DNA from: a virus
IMG/VR virus record: IMGVR_UViG_3300022888_000583
Length of the DNA stretch: 64,000 bases
Strand: one strand, 5' to 3'
The notes under the pieces were generated by a model. It ran no database searches. It had not been told where the DNA came from and was given only the letters and a program-made list of their open reading frames with translations. The position numbers were made by a program, and so were the translations under genes. This document shows, in pieces, positions 12,330-22,071 of the stretch (the stretch's first letter is position 1; each line of letters opens with the position of its first letter).

Positions 12330-13011
12330 TGGGTCCCACTAATACGATGCCCTTAATATTGTCCTTACCAACTTCTTTTCGGAATTTGGTTTGAGCCTTT
12401 TTGGCTTCGGCAACGGTATCGAATTTTCCCCATGCTCGGTTGTTGTCACTCGCGACAAAGTATTTTTTATTTTTTAATTTATACGGAATTTTAAGTTCAC
12501 CAGATTTGGTTTGAACTTTTACCGTTTTCTTGACGGGCTTTTTCTCAGTCTTAGGACGACCCGGTTTTGCTGTACCGGCGGCCTTTTTCAAAGCAGCTTT
12601 TTTATTTTCATGCCTCTTAATCAATTTGAGACGACGACGTTCGGCCTTTTCCTTAGCGGCCAATTTCTGATCCGCTTTAATTTTCTTAACATCTGATACT
12701 GGTAATGTACCCTTTAATTTGGTCTGTTCCTCGCCCCTATGAAATACGTTTTTGTCCTTATCAACAAATACTTTCATAAACTGCCATCCCCGCGGGCGAC
12801 CACTGGCTTTCTTAGTTTTTACTTCAGTAAATGGAACCCTGCCCATTGTATGTTTATAACAAATTGCACCAACGCTATGTACATCAATTTTTACTTCTTC
12901 TGTACATCCTTCTTCTTTACAAACTACCCATTTGAATGCTACTGATCTTGAATCAAAATCCTTACCAGATGCTTTAGCTTTAGTTCTTTTTGCCAATTTC
13001 TTACGTGCCAT
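12310..13011 (-). CDS. lysine-rich basic protein (233 aa), probably nucleic-acid binding
   Basis: Composition is very K/R rich with a histone-H1-like tail. Confidence 0.5.
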   Translation of the reverse strand: MARKKLAKRTKAKASGKDFDSRSVAFKWVVCKEEGCTEEVKIDVHSVGAICYKHTMGRVPFTEVKTKKASGRPRGWQFMKVFVDKDKNVFHRGEEQTKLKGTLPVSDVKKIKADQKLAAKEKAERRRLKLIKRHENKKAALKKAAGTAKPGRPKTEKKPVKKTVKVQTKSGELKIPYKLKNKKYFVASDNNRAWGKFDTVAEAKKAQTKFRKEVGKDNIKGIVLVGPNGRTWK

Positions 13012-13017
13012 TAAATA

Positions 13018-13383
13018 TTACCCTTCATCGCAGATTGCGATTAATTCATCGGGAGTTCTAACCGACCCATTGTCGGCTTCCCATTTTTTCTCTTCATTTT
13101 TATTAGCGGCTTCCGCCAGTTGACGGGTGTATTTTAGAATAATACGCCTCGCGATATTTATCTGTTTTCTACTCAAGAAATTATTCTTAAGATAGAACTT
13201 CGAAAAAGAAGTCATAATCTCAGCGTGTGCTCCAGAGTATCCAACCCCATTCGCTTCGATTGTGTATTCGGAACTTTGTTCATCGGCGGTCTGTAAATCA
13301 TAAATGACTAACATTCCACGAACAACTGCGTCATCTCTAACGATTAATAAGTTCCTGATATCTTCTTTTTTCCATATTTTCAT
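13018..13383 (-). CDS. hypothetical protein (start taken at the second ATG, MKIWKK, after an AAGGAA Shine-Dalgarno)
   Basis: The first ATG of the track ORF belongs to the promoter-motif ATGA. Confidence 0.45.
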   Translation of the reverse strand: MKIWKKEDIRNLLIVRDDAVVRGMLVIYDLQTADEQSSEYTIEANGVGYSGAHAEIMTSFSKFYLKNNFLSRKQINIARRIILKYTRQLAEAANKNEEKKWEADNGSVRTPDELIAICDEG

Positions 13384-13400
13384 TGTGTTTTCCTTTTCTC

Positions 13401-13448
13401 TCATACCTGAAGATACAAGAAAAAAATGACAAAGTCAAGCGTTATTTT
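13401..13448 (-). promoter_or_regulatory. copy 2 of the promoter/leader motif
   Basis: Reads TCATACCTGAAGATACAAGAAAAAAATGACAAAGTCAAGCGTTATTTT. Confidence 0.55.
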
Positions 13449-13478
13449 GCAATATAGCAAGAAAAATGCCTAATAAAA

Positions 13479-14357
13479 TTAGGCATCTCTCAGTTTGTTT
13501 ACTAATTGTTTGTAGAAAACCAATGGATTAGCACTTGAGGCCAACCCAGATACTTCACCAGCACCAGTTTCTACAATGTGGAAATTAAAATCATTGTCAA
13601 TTCCAATATCAATAGTTAGAAATGGAACATTCAATTCCTTTGCAATTCTGTCCAAATGGATATACATGGAACCATCACCAATATACTTAGGATTTTCACA
13701 TCCATTGGCGTTAAACGATGCCATTTTTCCATTGACAAAAAATGCTCGGAATTCCAATGAGTTTCCATTTTCATCTTTTTTGAAATCGATAAATTCCTTA
13801 GCGACAATTCCCTCATTAAATCCATACATTTTACGACCCCTGATCATATTATGAACAGTCATATTTGCGGCCTGATAGTTTGTAGGATCGGTTACAACCA
13901 ATGCGTTGTCAATACCCTTAGCTGACTTTACATAATCTTTAACGATATATGGTTTGCCGTCCAATTGAGTTTCAACATATTCTGGATTGAAATATTTAGC
14001 TGGAAGTGTCACCGTTTTTGGTGAGTATTTCCGCAATGTTTTTGATGCCATATATGCATATGGAAAGTAATGTACTTTGGTATAGTCATTGTGATTTTGG
14101 AAAAAGGCATAACCTTTATCTTCCAATTCGCCCTGAAACCATTTCATTGTAGCGTCATCCATCATCCAGCCACGATAAAGTAATGTACCTTCACCTTCTG
14201 GAATTTTTTGTAACCACCCGTATCCACCAGCGTCCATATCTGCAAAATCGAACAACATGATATTTTGACCCAATAATTTTAGAGCCTCATATTCTTCTTC
14301 AAATCCGAAATCTGGTTTGTTTTTTTCAAGTGGGTTTTGTGGTAATAAAAAAATCAT
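13479..14357 (-). CDS. hypothetical protein (~292 aa; possibly ATP-grasp-like)
   Basis: ORF follows motif copy 3; the fold guess is weak. Confidence 0.45.
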   Translation of the reverse strand: MIFLLPQNPLEKNKPDFGFEEEYEALKLLGQNIMLFDFADMDAGGYGWLQKIPEGEGTLLYRGWMMDDATMKWFQGELEDKGYAFFQNHNDYTKVHYFPYAYMASKTLRKYSPKTVTLPAKYFNPEYVETQLDGKPYIVKDYVKSAKGIDNALVVTDPTNYQAANMTVHNMIRGRKMYGFNEGIVAKEFIDFKKDENGNSLEFRAFFVNGKMASFNANGCENPKYIGDGSMYIHLDRIAKELNVPFLTIDIGIDNDFNFHIVETGAGEVSGLASSANPLVFYKQLVNKLRDA

Positions 14358-14368
14358 ATCTTTTCCTT

Positions 14369-14417
14369 TCATACCTGAAGATACAAGAAAAAGCCGATAA
14401 AGTCAAGCGGTATTATG
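14369..14417 (-). promoter_or_regulatory. copy 3 of the promoter/leader motif
   Basis: Shares CATACCTGAAGATACAAG...AAAGTCAAGCGG. Confidence 0.55.
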
Positions 14418-14791
14418 CTTTTTCTAAAAATAATTTCCGATAACATTTTTCTCAATCCGCTTCGGCAACGGCGTCCGCTTCGATTTCATATGGGCAATTT
14501 GGAGCGTTATTATACATATTGATATACCGAGACAATCAAACTGGCGATTGATGGTAATGTTTGAATTCGTGTATCATAACAAATATAGTTCTCTGTATAT
14601 CCATTCCTTCCGTTTTTGGATAGATAAATACCTCGTTATCCTCAAATACGAATTCTCCATTGCTGGGGTGATCTTTAGTGTTGTCTATAATCAATTCGGG
14701 TTCAAATCCCTGATATTTACTGACACCATATTCTGTGAGGCATCAGTTGAATATGTTCTTAATAACCTTATTTGTAACTTTTGTAGCCATA

Positions 14792-15274
14792 TTAACCTCT
14801 AAAGCTCTTTCCTAATTCTTCAATATAATCTAAAGCATCTTCCTTATTTGGAAATACAATATCAGATTCCATAAGTACAAACGCGTGTCTATGGATATTG
14901 CCTTCTTCCATCGCTACCACAACGTGTTTGTTGTGCAAATAGGCGGCAGTGATTTCACACACCGACCCAATTGATACTATTTTAGAACCTGTCAAATCCA
15001 CAAATACAATATCCGATTGTTCCACCATCCAATGATCACGACCTACAATTGCCCTATCCGTGGTGATTGGTGATAAATATTTCATCTTCTGACCTTCGGA
15101 AGCTTCACATTTCATTTCCGGTCTAGTGTATTTGGCTTTGCCAAATAATGGGGACAATATGGTATAGTGTTTTTTTAACCGTTTGATAGTGCCGGCCCAC
15201 TTTTTTTCTACATCTTCAAATGTCCCACCTGTAATGGGACCAGCGATGTATAATTTCATTTTATTTTTAAACAT
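14792..15274 (-). CDS. nucleoside 2-deoxyribosyltransferase / DNPH1-like protein
   Basis: MKLYIAGPITGG resembles the NDT/Rcl motif; 160 aa. Confidence 0.4.
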   Translation of the reverse strand: MFKNKMKLYIAGPITGGTFEDVEKKWAGTIKRLKKHYTILSPLFGKAKYTRPEMKCEASEGQKMKYLSPITTDRAIVGRDHWMVEQSDIVFVDLTGSKIVSIGSVCEITAAYLHNKHVVVAMEEGNIHRHAFVLMESDIVFPNKEDALDYIEELGKSFRG

Positions 15275-15352
15275 TTATTTTCTTCTACTTTCTCACATCT
15301 TTTTATCTGCACATGGCTTTGAACAAGTCTTTTTGTATCTGCCATTTTTGTA

Positions 15353-15970
15353 TCATCGTGGGTATGTATAAATTTCATATTCCTGTCCACATACAGGGCA
15401 TTTCAACTGGAAATATTCTTGGATGGTTTTACCTTTGTTCCAAGTATTAGTCAATTCCCCACTTGCAAATTTTTTCTTTTTTGTAATTTTTTGTTTCTCT
15501 GATCCTGCTTTGATACGGGGATCGTCGGATGTTAATCCTTTGTTCCACGGTTCCTGACCCATGTGGGAATCACTATTCTTTTTCCTAGTTTCGGCCGTTT
15601 GTTTATGACCAGTTAAAGCGATAGAAACATTCCGATTGCGTTCAGCTGAATGCCATGGTTGTCCGTTGTTATGCCTCGCCTTAATTATTTTCTTGGAAGC
15701 TTCTGGTGTGCATCCACCTTCACCACCAGGATACAAATTATATCCAATATTGACAGCATCGGTCATTTTAATTCAATATATTTCTCTGATATTCAATTGT
15801 GTTTCATCCTCACAATGCTCTATAACTTCTTTAACAAAATTTTCCTTGCCGTATTTTTTTATTGCTTTTTTCAATATGGACCCCGAACCAATATAGTCGG
15901 GGTCATCATATTTAGATTTCCCTATGTAGAATTTGCCGTTTAAGGTGTTTGTAGTTTTGTATATAATCAT
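15353..15970 (-). CDS. GIY-YIG homing endonuclease (I-TevI-like) with NUMOD-like C-terminus; one in-frame TGA at 15773-15775
   Basis: IYKTTNTLNGKFYIGKS...YIGSGSILKKAIKKYG, then the joint REIY-[TGA]-IKMTDAVNIGYNLYPGGEGG matches I-TevI ERENFWIKELNSKINGYNI, putting TGA at the Trp position. Confidence 0.7.
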
Positions 15971-16033
15971 TGTCTTTCTCCTTCAATAATAAGTATCATC
16001 AAAAAAAGAAAAACACGCTATTACTTTAGCAGT

Positions 16034-16510
16034 CTATTTACTGAAACGATCAGCAATCTCCATTGCAGCCCAGGAGTCTGGTTTTCCAACCGCTGTGAAA
16101 CCAGCACCTGTAATGTAACCAAGACACTCGTTCATAACCGCGTTACTAGCGTGAATTGGATTGCTACTTACATCAGCGTGAATAGCTTCAACGCAATATC
16201 CAGCGTCTTCCAGAATTGGATTCAACCACATTGCTGTTTCTACGGACATGTGAGTTTCTTGAAACAATTTCTGCCTGATAGAAATCTTGTAGCCCAATTT
16301 TTCAACGGTCTCTTTGTAATAACCACGACCACCCTGTCCATCGAACAACACGATAACTGCAGTAATGTACTTAATGCTACCGTTCTTAACTTGACTGTCA
16401 CTTCCGATATACCAAGTCAATTTATCAGTTGGAGCACTTGCAATGTCCTTTAGAATTGTCTGTTCCAAGTCATCGACTTTTTTGCGTGTGAATCTTTGCC
16501 ATTTTGTCAT
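16034..16510 (-). CDS. hypothetical protein (158 aa)
   Basis: Intact ORF. Confidence 0.5.
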   Translation of the reverse strand: MTKWQRFTRKKVDDLEQTILKDIASAPTDKLTWYIGSDSQVKNGSIKYITAVIVLFDGQGGRGYYKETVEKLGYKISIRQKLFQETHMSVETAMWLNPILEDAGYCVEAIHADVSSNPIHASNAVMNECLGYITGAGFTAVGKPDSWAAMEIADRFSK

Positions 16511-16530
16511 TTTATAACCCTTTCTTTAGT

Positions 16531-16585
16531 TTATAGTTGGGTATAATAATTTTTACCCAACCATTATAGTTGGGTATAATAATTG
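16531..16585 (+). repeat. tandem direct repeat 2 x ~22 nt (TATAGTTGGGTATAATAATT), resembling an extended -10 TGnTATAAT element
   Basis: Two identical copies at 16531-16552 and 16564-16585. A third copy lies on the minus strand at ~33282-33299 upstream of tRNA-Pro. Confidence 0.5.
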
Positions 16586-16670
16586 AGGAAGATACTGGAA
16601 TCGAACCAGTGTACCCTTACGGACAGCCTTAGGTTAGCAACCTAGCACATTACCACTCTGTCAATCTTCC
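16586..16670 (-). tRNA. tRNA-Ser(GCT), type II
   Basis: Acceptor GGAAGAT/ATCTTCC; anticodon loop TTGCTAA; long variable arm; T-arm ACTGGTTCGATTCCAGT. Confidence 0.65.
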
Positions 16671-16710
16671 TTGTTAATAAGTATCTGTTAATATGCGTAA
16701 ATACAATTAT

Positions 16711-17373
16711 TTATGCATCAATTGCATGTAATTCTGGTATAAACACCTTTGTAATTTGAACATTTTCAGCGTATGCTAAATCCGTTCCATCTGTTGTCAA
16801 AATATCAATTGCCATTCGGTGACGGAAATTCATAGTATCTTCAATCTGATAAATGCCATCCCAAATGCCCGCACCTGTTACTTCCACATAATCACCCATT
16901 TCGAATATTCCCTTACCATATGCGGGGTCATCCTCTGGCAATCGGTGACTTAATTTTGTATGCATGTCCCAACTAATTGCAATCCATCTATGTTGTGACG
17001 CATTTGGTATATCAATTTTTGCACCACTTGCGGTAATATCTGGGTCGGCATCACATTGGGCTTCGACTGGGTAATAATTTGTTACCCTTACCGCCAATGA
17101 TGTTGGTTTTTCCAATTCGGTTACTCTCGCTTCCAAATCCACAATGTGCTTTAAAGCATCCGTTAAATCTATATATTGTTCATACGCTACCATTTGTAGT
17201 GTATCTATTTCTCCTTGCAAATGTACTTCCATTGGAAATACTGATATTGCATTGTATGATAATACAACCATTAGGCTGAATATTAATGTTACCGACATTA
17301 CTATTAAAAGTAATTTCTTAACGCTCATAATGAGCATTGTCGGTATCTTAATTTCTGGGTCTTCGGTTTTCAT
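16711..17373 (-). CDS. membrane-anchored protein with a 3D/RlpA-like domain (possible peptidoglycan hydrolase)
   Basis: N-terminal TM helix; the C-terminus ...VEVTGAGIWDGIYQIEDT...AIDIL resembles 3D-domain cell-wall hydrolases. Confidence 0.4.
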   Translation of the reverse strand: MKTEDPEIKIPTMLIMSVKKLLLIVMSVTLIFSLMVVLSYNAISVFPMEVHLQGEIDTLQMVAYEQYIDLTDALKHIVDLEARVTELEKPTSLAVRVTNYYPVEAQCDADPDITASGAKIDIPNASQHRWIAISWDMHTKLSHRLPEDDPAYGKGIFEMGDYVEVTGAGIWDGIYQIEDTMNFRHRMAIDILTTDGTDLAYAENVQITKVFIPELHAIDA

Positions 17374-17428
17374 TTTAACTCCTTGTTTTTATTGTAGAAA
17401 TAAGTATCAAATCAAATTATTTCCAGTG

Positions 17429-17500
17429 TAATCTCGGAAGGAATCGAACCTTCATTTCGGGTTTAGGAAACCCACGCACTTTCCGTTGTACTACGAGATC
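17429..17500 (-). tRNA. tRNA-Arg(CCT)
   Basis: Anticodon loop TTCCTAA; T-arm GAAGGTTCGATTCCTTC. Confidence 0.65.
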
Positions 17501-17503
17501 ATG

Positions 17504-17521
17504 TGCCCCCACTTAAGGGGG
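17504..17521 (-). terminator. perfect 6-bp GC hairpin GCCCCC-ACTTAA-GGGGGC between the gene stop and the tRNA 5' end
   Basis: Seen directly; no clear U-tract; could be a terminator or a processing site. Confidence 0.3.
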
Positions 17522-17529
17522 CTAGTTGT

Positions 17530-18369
17530 TTATCGACCTATGGATTTCATTGGTTGTACGGAATCATTCCCGATATTAATAAGAAGGTCAACATTCTCAT
17601 TATCTTTAGCCAACTCTACGATTTCCTTTTGAATTTCAAGTTCACGTAGTCTAAGGTATTCAGAATTTGTCATATTAAATTCTTTCTTATACGCCTTATC
17701 TGCGGTAGCTTTATTCAATTCAGCAGCGGCCCGATTTAATTCTGCAGCAGCTCGAGCATCTTCTGTTTTCTGACGCTGTTTCTGTGCTGCGGTTTTTATC
17801 GTTTCATCCAAAACCAATTGTGGTGGTGTCACCTTACCAATATTAACACGAACGACTTCTAATGGAAGACCCTGTTCTAAAATATATGCTTCGATATTTG
17901 CCCACGCTGATAGAGCCATTGAGTCTGTTACTGCCCCATCGGTTGTCAATGCAAACATGGTTTGTCCACGACCGAAATTTCGAATAAACCCTCTAAATTT
18001 CTTCGCGATTTTATTCTTATACCAATTAACTCCAGCAATTTCATGCAATAGTGGGGTTTTGTTATCCACAATTTTTAATTCGAGAAATGCATCAAAATCG
18101 ACTGGGTTGTTGTCCGCCGTAATAAGATCATTAAAATTCTCTTTATATTCTGTGGGATAGATAATATAAGTTTCATCCGATGTCGTAAACAAAGTCCACC
18201 GGGTTTCCCCAGCAATCAATGGTTCCGGAATGATACCACTCATAAACCCAAAAATAATAGGCTTCCTCACAAAAACCACTTCTTCACCAGCATCCGCTGA
18301 CGATACACTACAATCCATTACTGAAAACGCCATAATGAATATTAACAATACCAACATAAATTTTCTCAT
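17530..18369 (-). CDS. secreted SPFH/band-7 (prohibitin/HflK-like) domain protein
   Basis: Signal peptide MRKFMLVLLIFIMAFSV; C-terminal Ala/Glu-rich coiled region typical of SPFH proteins. Confidence 0.5.
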   Translation of the reverse strand: MRKFMLVLLIFIMAFSVMDCSVSSADAGEEVVFVRKPIIFGFMSGIIPEPLIAGETRWTLFTTSDETYIIYPTEYKENFNDLITADNNPVDFDAFLELKIVDNKTPLLHEIAGVNWYKNKIAKKFRGFIRNFGRGQTMFALTTDGAVTDSMALSAWANIEAYILEQGLPLEVVRVNIGKVTPPQLVLDETIKTAAQKQRQKTEDARAAAELNRAAAELNKATADKAYKKEFNMTNSEYLRLRELEIQKEIVELAKDNENVDLLINIGNDSVQPMKSIGR

Positions 18370-18394
18370 TTTTTCTCCTTTGAGCTTTATGTGT

Positions 18395-18787
18395 TTATAA
18401 CTTATCTACCCCATCTACCAACCAGGTAAATGGAGCTCTTATTGATTTGTCAAACTTAGCCATCATATTAATAGCACCTGCGGGATTTAATGAATGGACA
18501 TAAATAGTTTCATTATTACCTTTCACTCCCTGTTTAACTAACCACTTTGCAAATTCAGAGCCAGTATTTGACTCCTGAATACTTACCATTTGATCTCCAC
18601 CCAAATCATGATCTAAGAAATAGATATCAAAAATGGTATCATATTTATTCCACTTGATTTTGGCATCTTCAATTTCATCAGACCATACGATTTTATAATC
18701 ATCAGTATCTAACAATTCCGGCATGTGTTTATAAAACCATTCCATCCTGTCCATGTCATCTTCAAGTATAAAGACGCTTATGGTCAT
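18395..18787 (-). CDS. hypothetical protein (130 aa; receiver-like acidic pocket)
   Basis: ILEDD...DLGG pattern; weak. Confidence 0.4.
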   Translation of the reverse strand: MTISVFILEDDMDRMEWFYKHMPELLDTDDYKIVWSDEIEDAKIKWNKYDTIFDIYFLDHDLGGDQMVSIQESNTGSEFAKWLVKQGVKGNNETIYVHSLNPAGAINMMAKFDKSIRAPFTWLVDGVDKL

Positions 18788-19374
18788 TATTTAACACCGA
18801 TAATACTGTCTATCAAACCATATTCTACGGCTTCTTCTGCCGACATGAAAAAATTGCGGTCGGCATCTTTTTCAATTCGATTGAGTCTTTTGCCACAAAA
18901 TTTGGCTAACATTTGATTCATTTTCTTTTTGGTTTTTTGAATCTCTTCTGCCGCAATTATGATATCTGAAGCCTGTCCTTGGGCTCCTCCCATCGGTTGA
19001 TGAATCATAATTTTGGAATTTGGTAAAGCAAATCGTTTACCCTTTTCTCCAGCCGCTAACAATAATGCTCCCATACTAGAAGCCTGTCCAACGGCAATCG
19101 TTGAAACATCAGCTTTAATAAAATTCATTGTGTCCATAATGGCCAAGCCAGAAGTAATAATTCCACCGGGGCTATTGATATACAGATTAATATCTTTTTC
19201 ATTATCTTCAGATTCAAGAAAAAGTAATTGTGCAATTACTGCAGTAGATACATTATCGTCAATCGGAGTACTCAAGAAAATAATCCGTTCCTTTAATAGA
19301 CGACTGAAAATGTCATAAGCACGTTCTCCTCGCCCAGTTTGTTCTACAACCATTGGTATTAATTGATTAATCAT
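18787..19374 (-). CDS. clpP: ATP-dependent Clp protease proteolytic subunit
   Basis: [11 protein letters not shown] and MIHQPMGG catalytic motifs; 195 aa. Confidence 0.85.
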   Translation of the reverse strand: MINQLIPMVVEQTGRGERAYDIFSRLLKERIIFLSTPIDDNVSTAVIAQLLFLESEDNEKDINLYINSPGGIITSGLAIMDTMNFIKADVSTIAVGQASSMGALLLAAGEKGKRFALPNSKIMIHQPMGGAQGQASDIIIAAEEIQKTKKKMNQMLAKFCGKRLNRIEKDADRNFFMSAEEAVEYGLIDSIIGVK

Positions 19375-19377
19375 ATT

Positions 19378-19986
19378 TTAGTCTTCCATTTCTATTTCGA
19401 AAATGGCCGCTAAATTCTCACCATTTTCAATGGCCGTTTGGGCCTTATCGTAATCTTCCATTGTCACACTTTCAATTGGAAATTCACCGATTAGATGAAC
19501 TCCACCATAACCTTGACTATCCTTTTCAGCGTCGGAATACCTACCATTAATTTTATCCTTTTCAAACCCAGTATAAAATTCCAACCGCTCCGTGTCCAAA
19601 TTGATGATATATGCATATTCACAAAAAAGTGAATTGGATAAAAATTCTTCAGAATCTATCATAAATCCAACTTTAACATTTGATTCAAGTAAACCCTGTC
19701 CCTCCCTTAAAAGACAATACCAGTCGTCATCAGATTGGGTTGCAACCCCATCATCAAATAATCCATTGTCCTTGCACAACTGTTTTTGCACAGTAGTTGG
19801 GGTGTCATCTTCATTAACCATAGTAATCGCGTCAAAATCTTCATTCAGATTTTTCAAATCACGACCCCTATTTTCTAAATATAAAATTACATTCTTGCCC
19901 AATTCACTTGGATAAGAATCATAATGATTATATGTTACTTTATGTTCTCCGTTTCTAATAAATCCGAGTGCTCCTCGAGTTCCCAT
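19378..19986 (-). CDS. hypothetical protein (202 aa)
   Basis: Intact ORF. Confidence 0.45.
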   Translation of the reverse strand: MGTRGALGFIRNGEHKVTYNHYDSYPSELGKNVILYLENRGRDLKNLNEDFDAITMVNEDDTPTTVQKQLCKDNGLFDDGVATQSDDDWYCLLREGQGLLESNVKVGFMIDSEEFLSNSLFCEYAYIINLDTERLEFYTGFEKDKINGRYSDAEKDSQGYGGVHLIGEFPIESVTMEDYDKAQTAIENGENLAAIFEIEMED

Positions 19987-20282
19987 GTATCCTCCTTTGG
20001 ATAATAATAATCCGGCAAATCGTCATATTTCAGACTATTTACAGAATCTTCGTTTTTGTCCATTGTTTTTTTCAATTCTTCTGAGCTGATTTCTTTTACA
20101 TCAAGTGCAAATGCGGCACCACCAATTTCGGAAGAATCACGGCCCGCGTGGTGCATGGTCAATGAATGTTCCATAAACCATTCTTCAGCGATACGTTTAA
20201 GATATTCTTCTGAATGTTCTCCCTCAATAATATAATGATGTACGGCACGCACTTGTAAAAACGTGTACTTCTTTTCAGACAA
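19935..20282 (-). CDS. hypothetical protein (TTG start after an AAGGAG Shine-Dalgarno)
   Basis: Sits just downstream of motif copy 4. Confidence 0.4.
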   Translation of the reverse strand: MSEKKYTFLQVRAVHHYIIEGEHSEEYLKRIAEEWFMEHSLTMHHAGRDSSEIGGAAFALDVKEISSEELKKTMDKNEDSVNSLKYDDLPDYYYPKEDTWELEEHSDLLETENIK

Positions 20283-20300
20283 TTTCTGTCTCCTTTTGTG

Positions 20301-20347
20301 TTACCTGAAGATACAAGATTATATTGACAATGTCAAGCTTTATTTTA
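20301..20347 (-). promoter_or_regulatory. copy 4 of the promoter/leader motif
   Basis: Reads TACCTGAAGATACAAGATTATATTGACAATGTCAAGCTTTATTTTA. Confidence 0.55.
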
Positions 20348-20942
20348 TAAATTGTTGATTAAATTCTGTGATTTTGATACGGTTTTGACCGGGAACCCAA
20401 GGACTTTCAGCTTCACGCTGAGCCTTAATTTCGTCTCTAACTGCCATTTTGTGTTGCATTTTATTGACTACTGTGTCCCAATGAACCGGTGTGTAATTCC
20501 ACAAGTCGGTCCCAATGTCAAAGGATAGTTTATCATCCCATTCCGTTGCATTTCCGTGTGAGTGTCCGTATAGGTGCCATGATCCATGAAACGATTTGTT
20601 CCATTCACTCATTTGATAGTGGCACATTGTGATTGATTGTCCATCAATTTTTGTTTCGTACATCGGTTTGATAAATTGAAACTTTTTCTTAGCGTCGCTG
20701 TTGAGCGTATCGTGATTCCCAATGATGAGAATCTTCTGACCGTTCAATCTATCCATCCAATAATCGGGTCGCATCCATGCGAAGTCTCCCAATATATAAA
20801 CCAATGATTTTTCAGTTACAACCGAGTTCCAATTTTCAACCAATGCTTCATTCATTTCATGCACATTGTCATACGGTCTATCACAGTGCCGTATAATACT
20901 TTGATGTGCGAAATGAAGATCAGCGGTAAAAAATCGTTCCAT
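20340..20942 (-). CDS. calcineurin-like metallophosphoesterase
   Basis: Motifs DLHFAH, GDF and GNHD. Confidence 0.7.
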   Translation of the reverse strand: MERFFTADLHFAHQSIIRHCDRPYDNVHEMNEALVENWNSVVTEKSLVYILGDFAWMRPDYWMDRLNGQKILIIGNHDTLNSDAKKKFQFIKPMYETKIDGQSITMCHYQMSEWNKSFHGSWHLYGHSHGNATEWDDKLSFDIGTDLWNYTPVHWDTVVNKMQHKMAVRDEIKAQREAESPWVPGQNRIKITEFNQQFIK

Positions 20943-21092
20943 TTTTATTTTCCTTTATTTGTATAGTGAATGTATTTTCTAGGGATGATGGCCGGTTCAT
21001 CATTGTAATATACAATGCAGTCATCATTTTGTGGTACAAGTTTGTCCCCGGTAATGGGGTTTAAGTCATTTTCAATTCTACTCAAAATCAGT

Positions 21093-21398
21093 TCATTCAG
21101 ATTCGTCTTCATGTTGTTCCTTTTCTTTAAAATGTTCTATTAATTTTATTAATACTTCACCATGGCATGCTTTGGGTTTGCACCAGCATCCTAGTGTTTT
21201 TCCTTCTAATTCGTGTAATGTTTTCATTAATTCAGGTTGTCGAACTACCCACCATTTATACATTTCGATTGCTTCTTCTCTGGTATCTACTTTGTATTTG
21301 GCTAGAGCTTCACCCTTATGTGTAAATGGATTGCCCCACTTTGTAGGGCGGCCGATGTAAATATCAAACGGCTCTTTTTTCACGTGCACGCATTTCAT
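21093..21398 (-). CDS. DUF4326-like small protein (GNPF motif)
   Basis: PFDIYIGRPTKWGNPF. Confidence 0.35.
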   Translation of the reverse strand: MKCVHVKKEPFDIYIGRPTKWGNPFTHKGEALAKYKVDTREEAIEMYKWWVVRQPELMKTLHELEGKTLGCWCKPKACHGEVLIKLIEHFKEKEQHEDESE

Positions 21399-21494
21399 TA
21401 TAACCTCTTATTTTTTTGAGCGGAATGTCGGTAACGATCCGACGTCTTCACGTTGGCAACGTGATATAATGCCATTATACTAATCCCGCAATTT

Positions 21495-21845
21495 CTAGCC
21501 TATACCAAATCCCTGAACACGTTCGTAAAATTTTGGTTTATCTGTTGGTGCCCATTCCTTAGTCTCGGAATCATAAGAAAACCACTGTTCTCCATCTTCC
21601 CTTGGATATGGGTATATCCCAGGTTTAATGTGTTCAATAACAGCCAAATTATAATATCCATCTTCAGACAAGAATGTACCACCACCCATGATACAAGCGA
21701 TGGCATCGGATTCTTCTGGATACCACGCCACACATCTTGTTTTTGTTTCTGGGACAAGATCATATGATAAATCTTCTGACCACATATCCATATCCCAAGC
21801 TTCCTTTGGCACATAAATCGTTGTAACTACATAAATTGATTTCAT
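21495..21845 (-). CDS. hypothetical protein (116 aa)
   Basis: ORF. Confidence 0.4.
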   Translation of the reverse strand: MKSIYVVTTIYVPKEAWDMDMWSEDLSYDLVPETKTRCVAWYPEESDAIACIMGGGTFLSEDGYYNLAVIEHIKPGIYPYPREDGEQWFSYDSETKEWAPTDKPKFYERVQGFGIG

Positions 21846-21846
21846 T

Positions 21847-22068
21847 TTAAATATCCGTTATTGTTCTGTGATTTTTATAGTTGTTCTGGAATTCCAGTAA
21901 ATATTCTTCATTTACCGAATTCTCTCCAACCTTTTCAACTATCCAACCCTCTTCCCAATTACCATTGAGTTTCAATTTGATTGGTTTATTCTTTTTTGCA
22001 AATTTCCAAGGTATCCATGATACTTCTTTAATATTGCCTTTTGCTAGTGTACATTGTTTAAATAACAT
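21847..22068 (-). CDS. hypothetical protein (73 aa)
   Basis: ORF. Confidence 0.35.
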   Translation of the reverse strand: MLFKQCTLAKGNIKEVSWIPWKFAKKNKPIKLKLNGNWEEGWIVEKVGENSVNEEYLLEFQNNYKNHRTITDI

Positions 22069-22071
22069 AAT

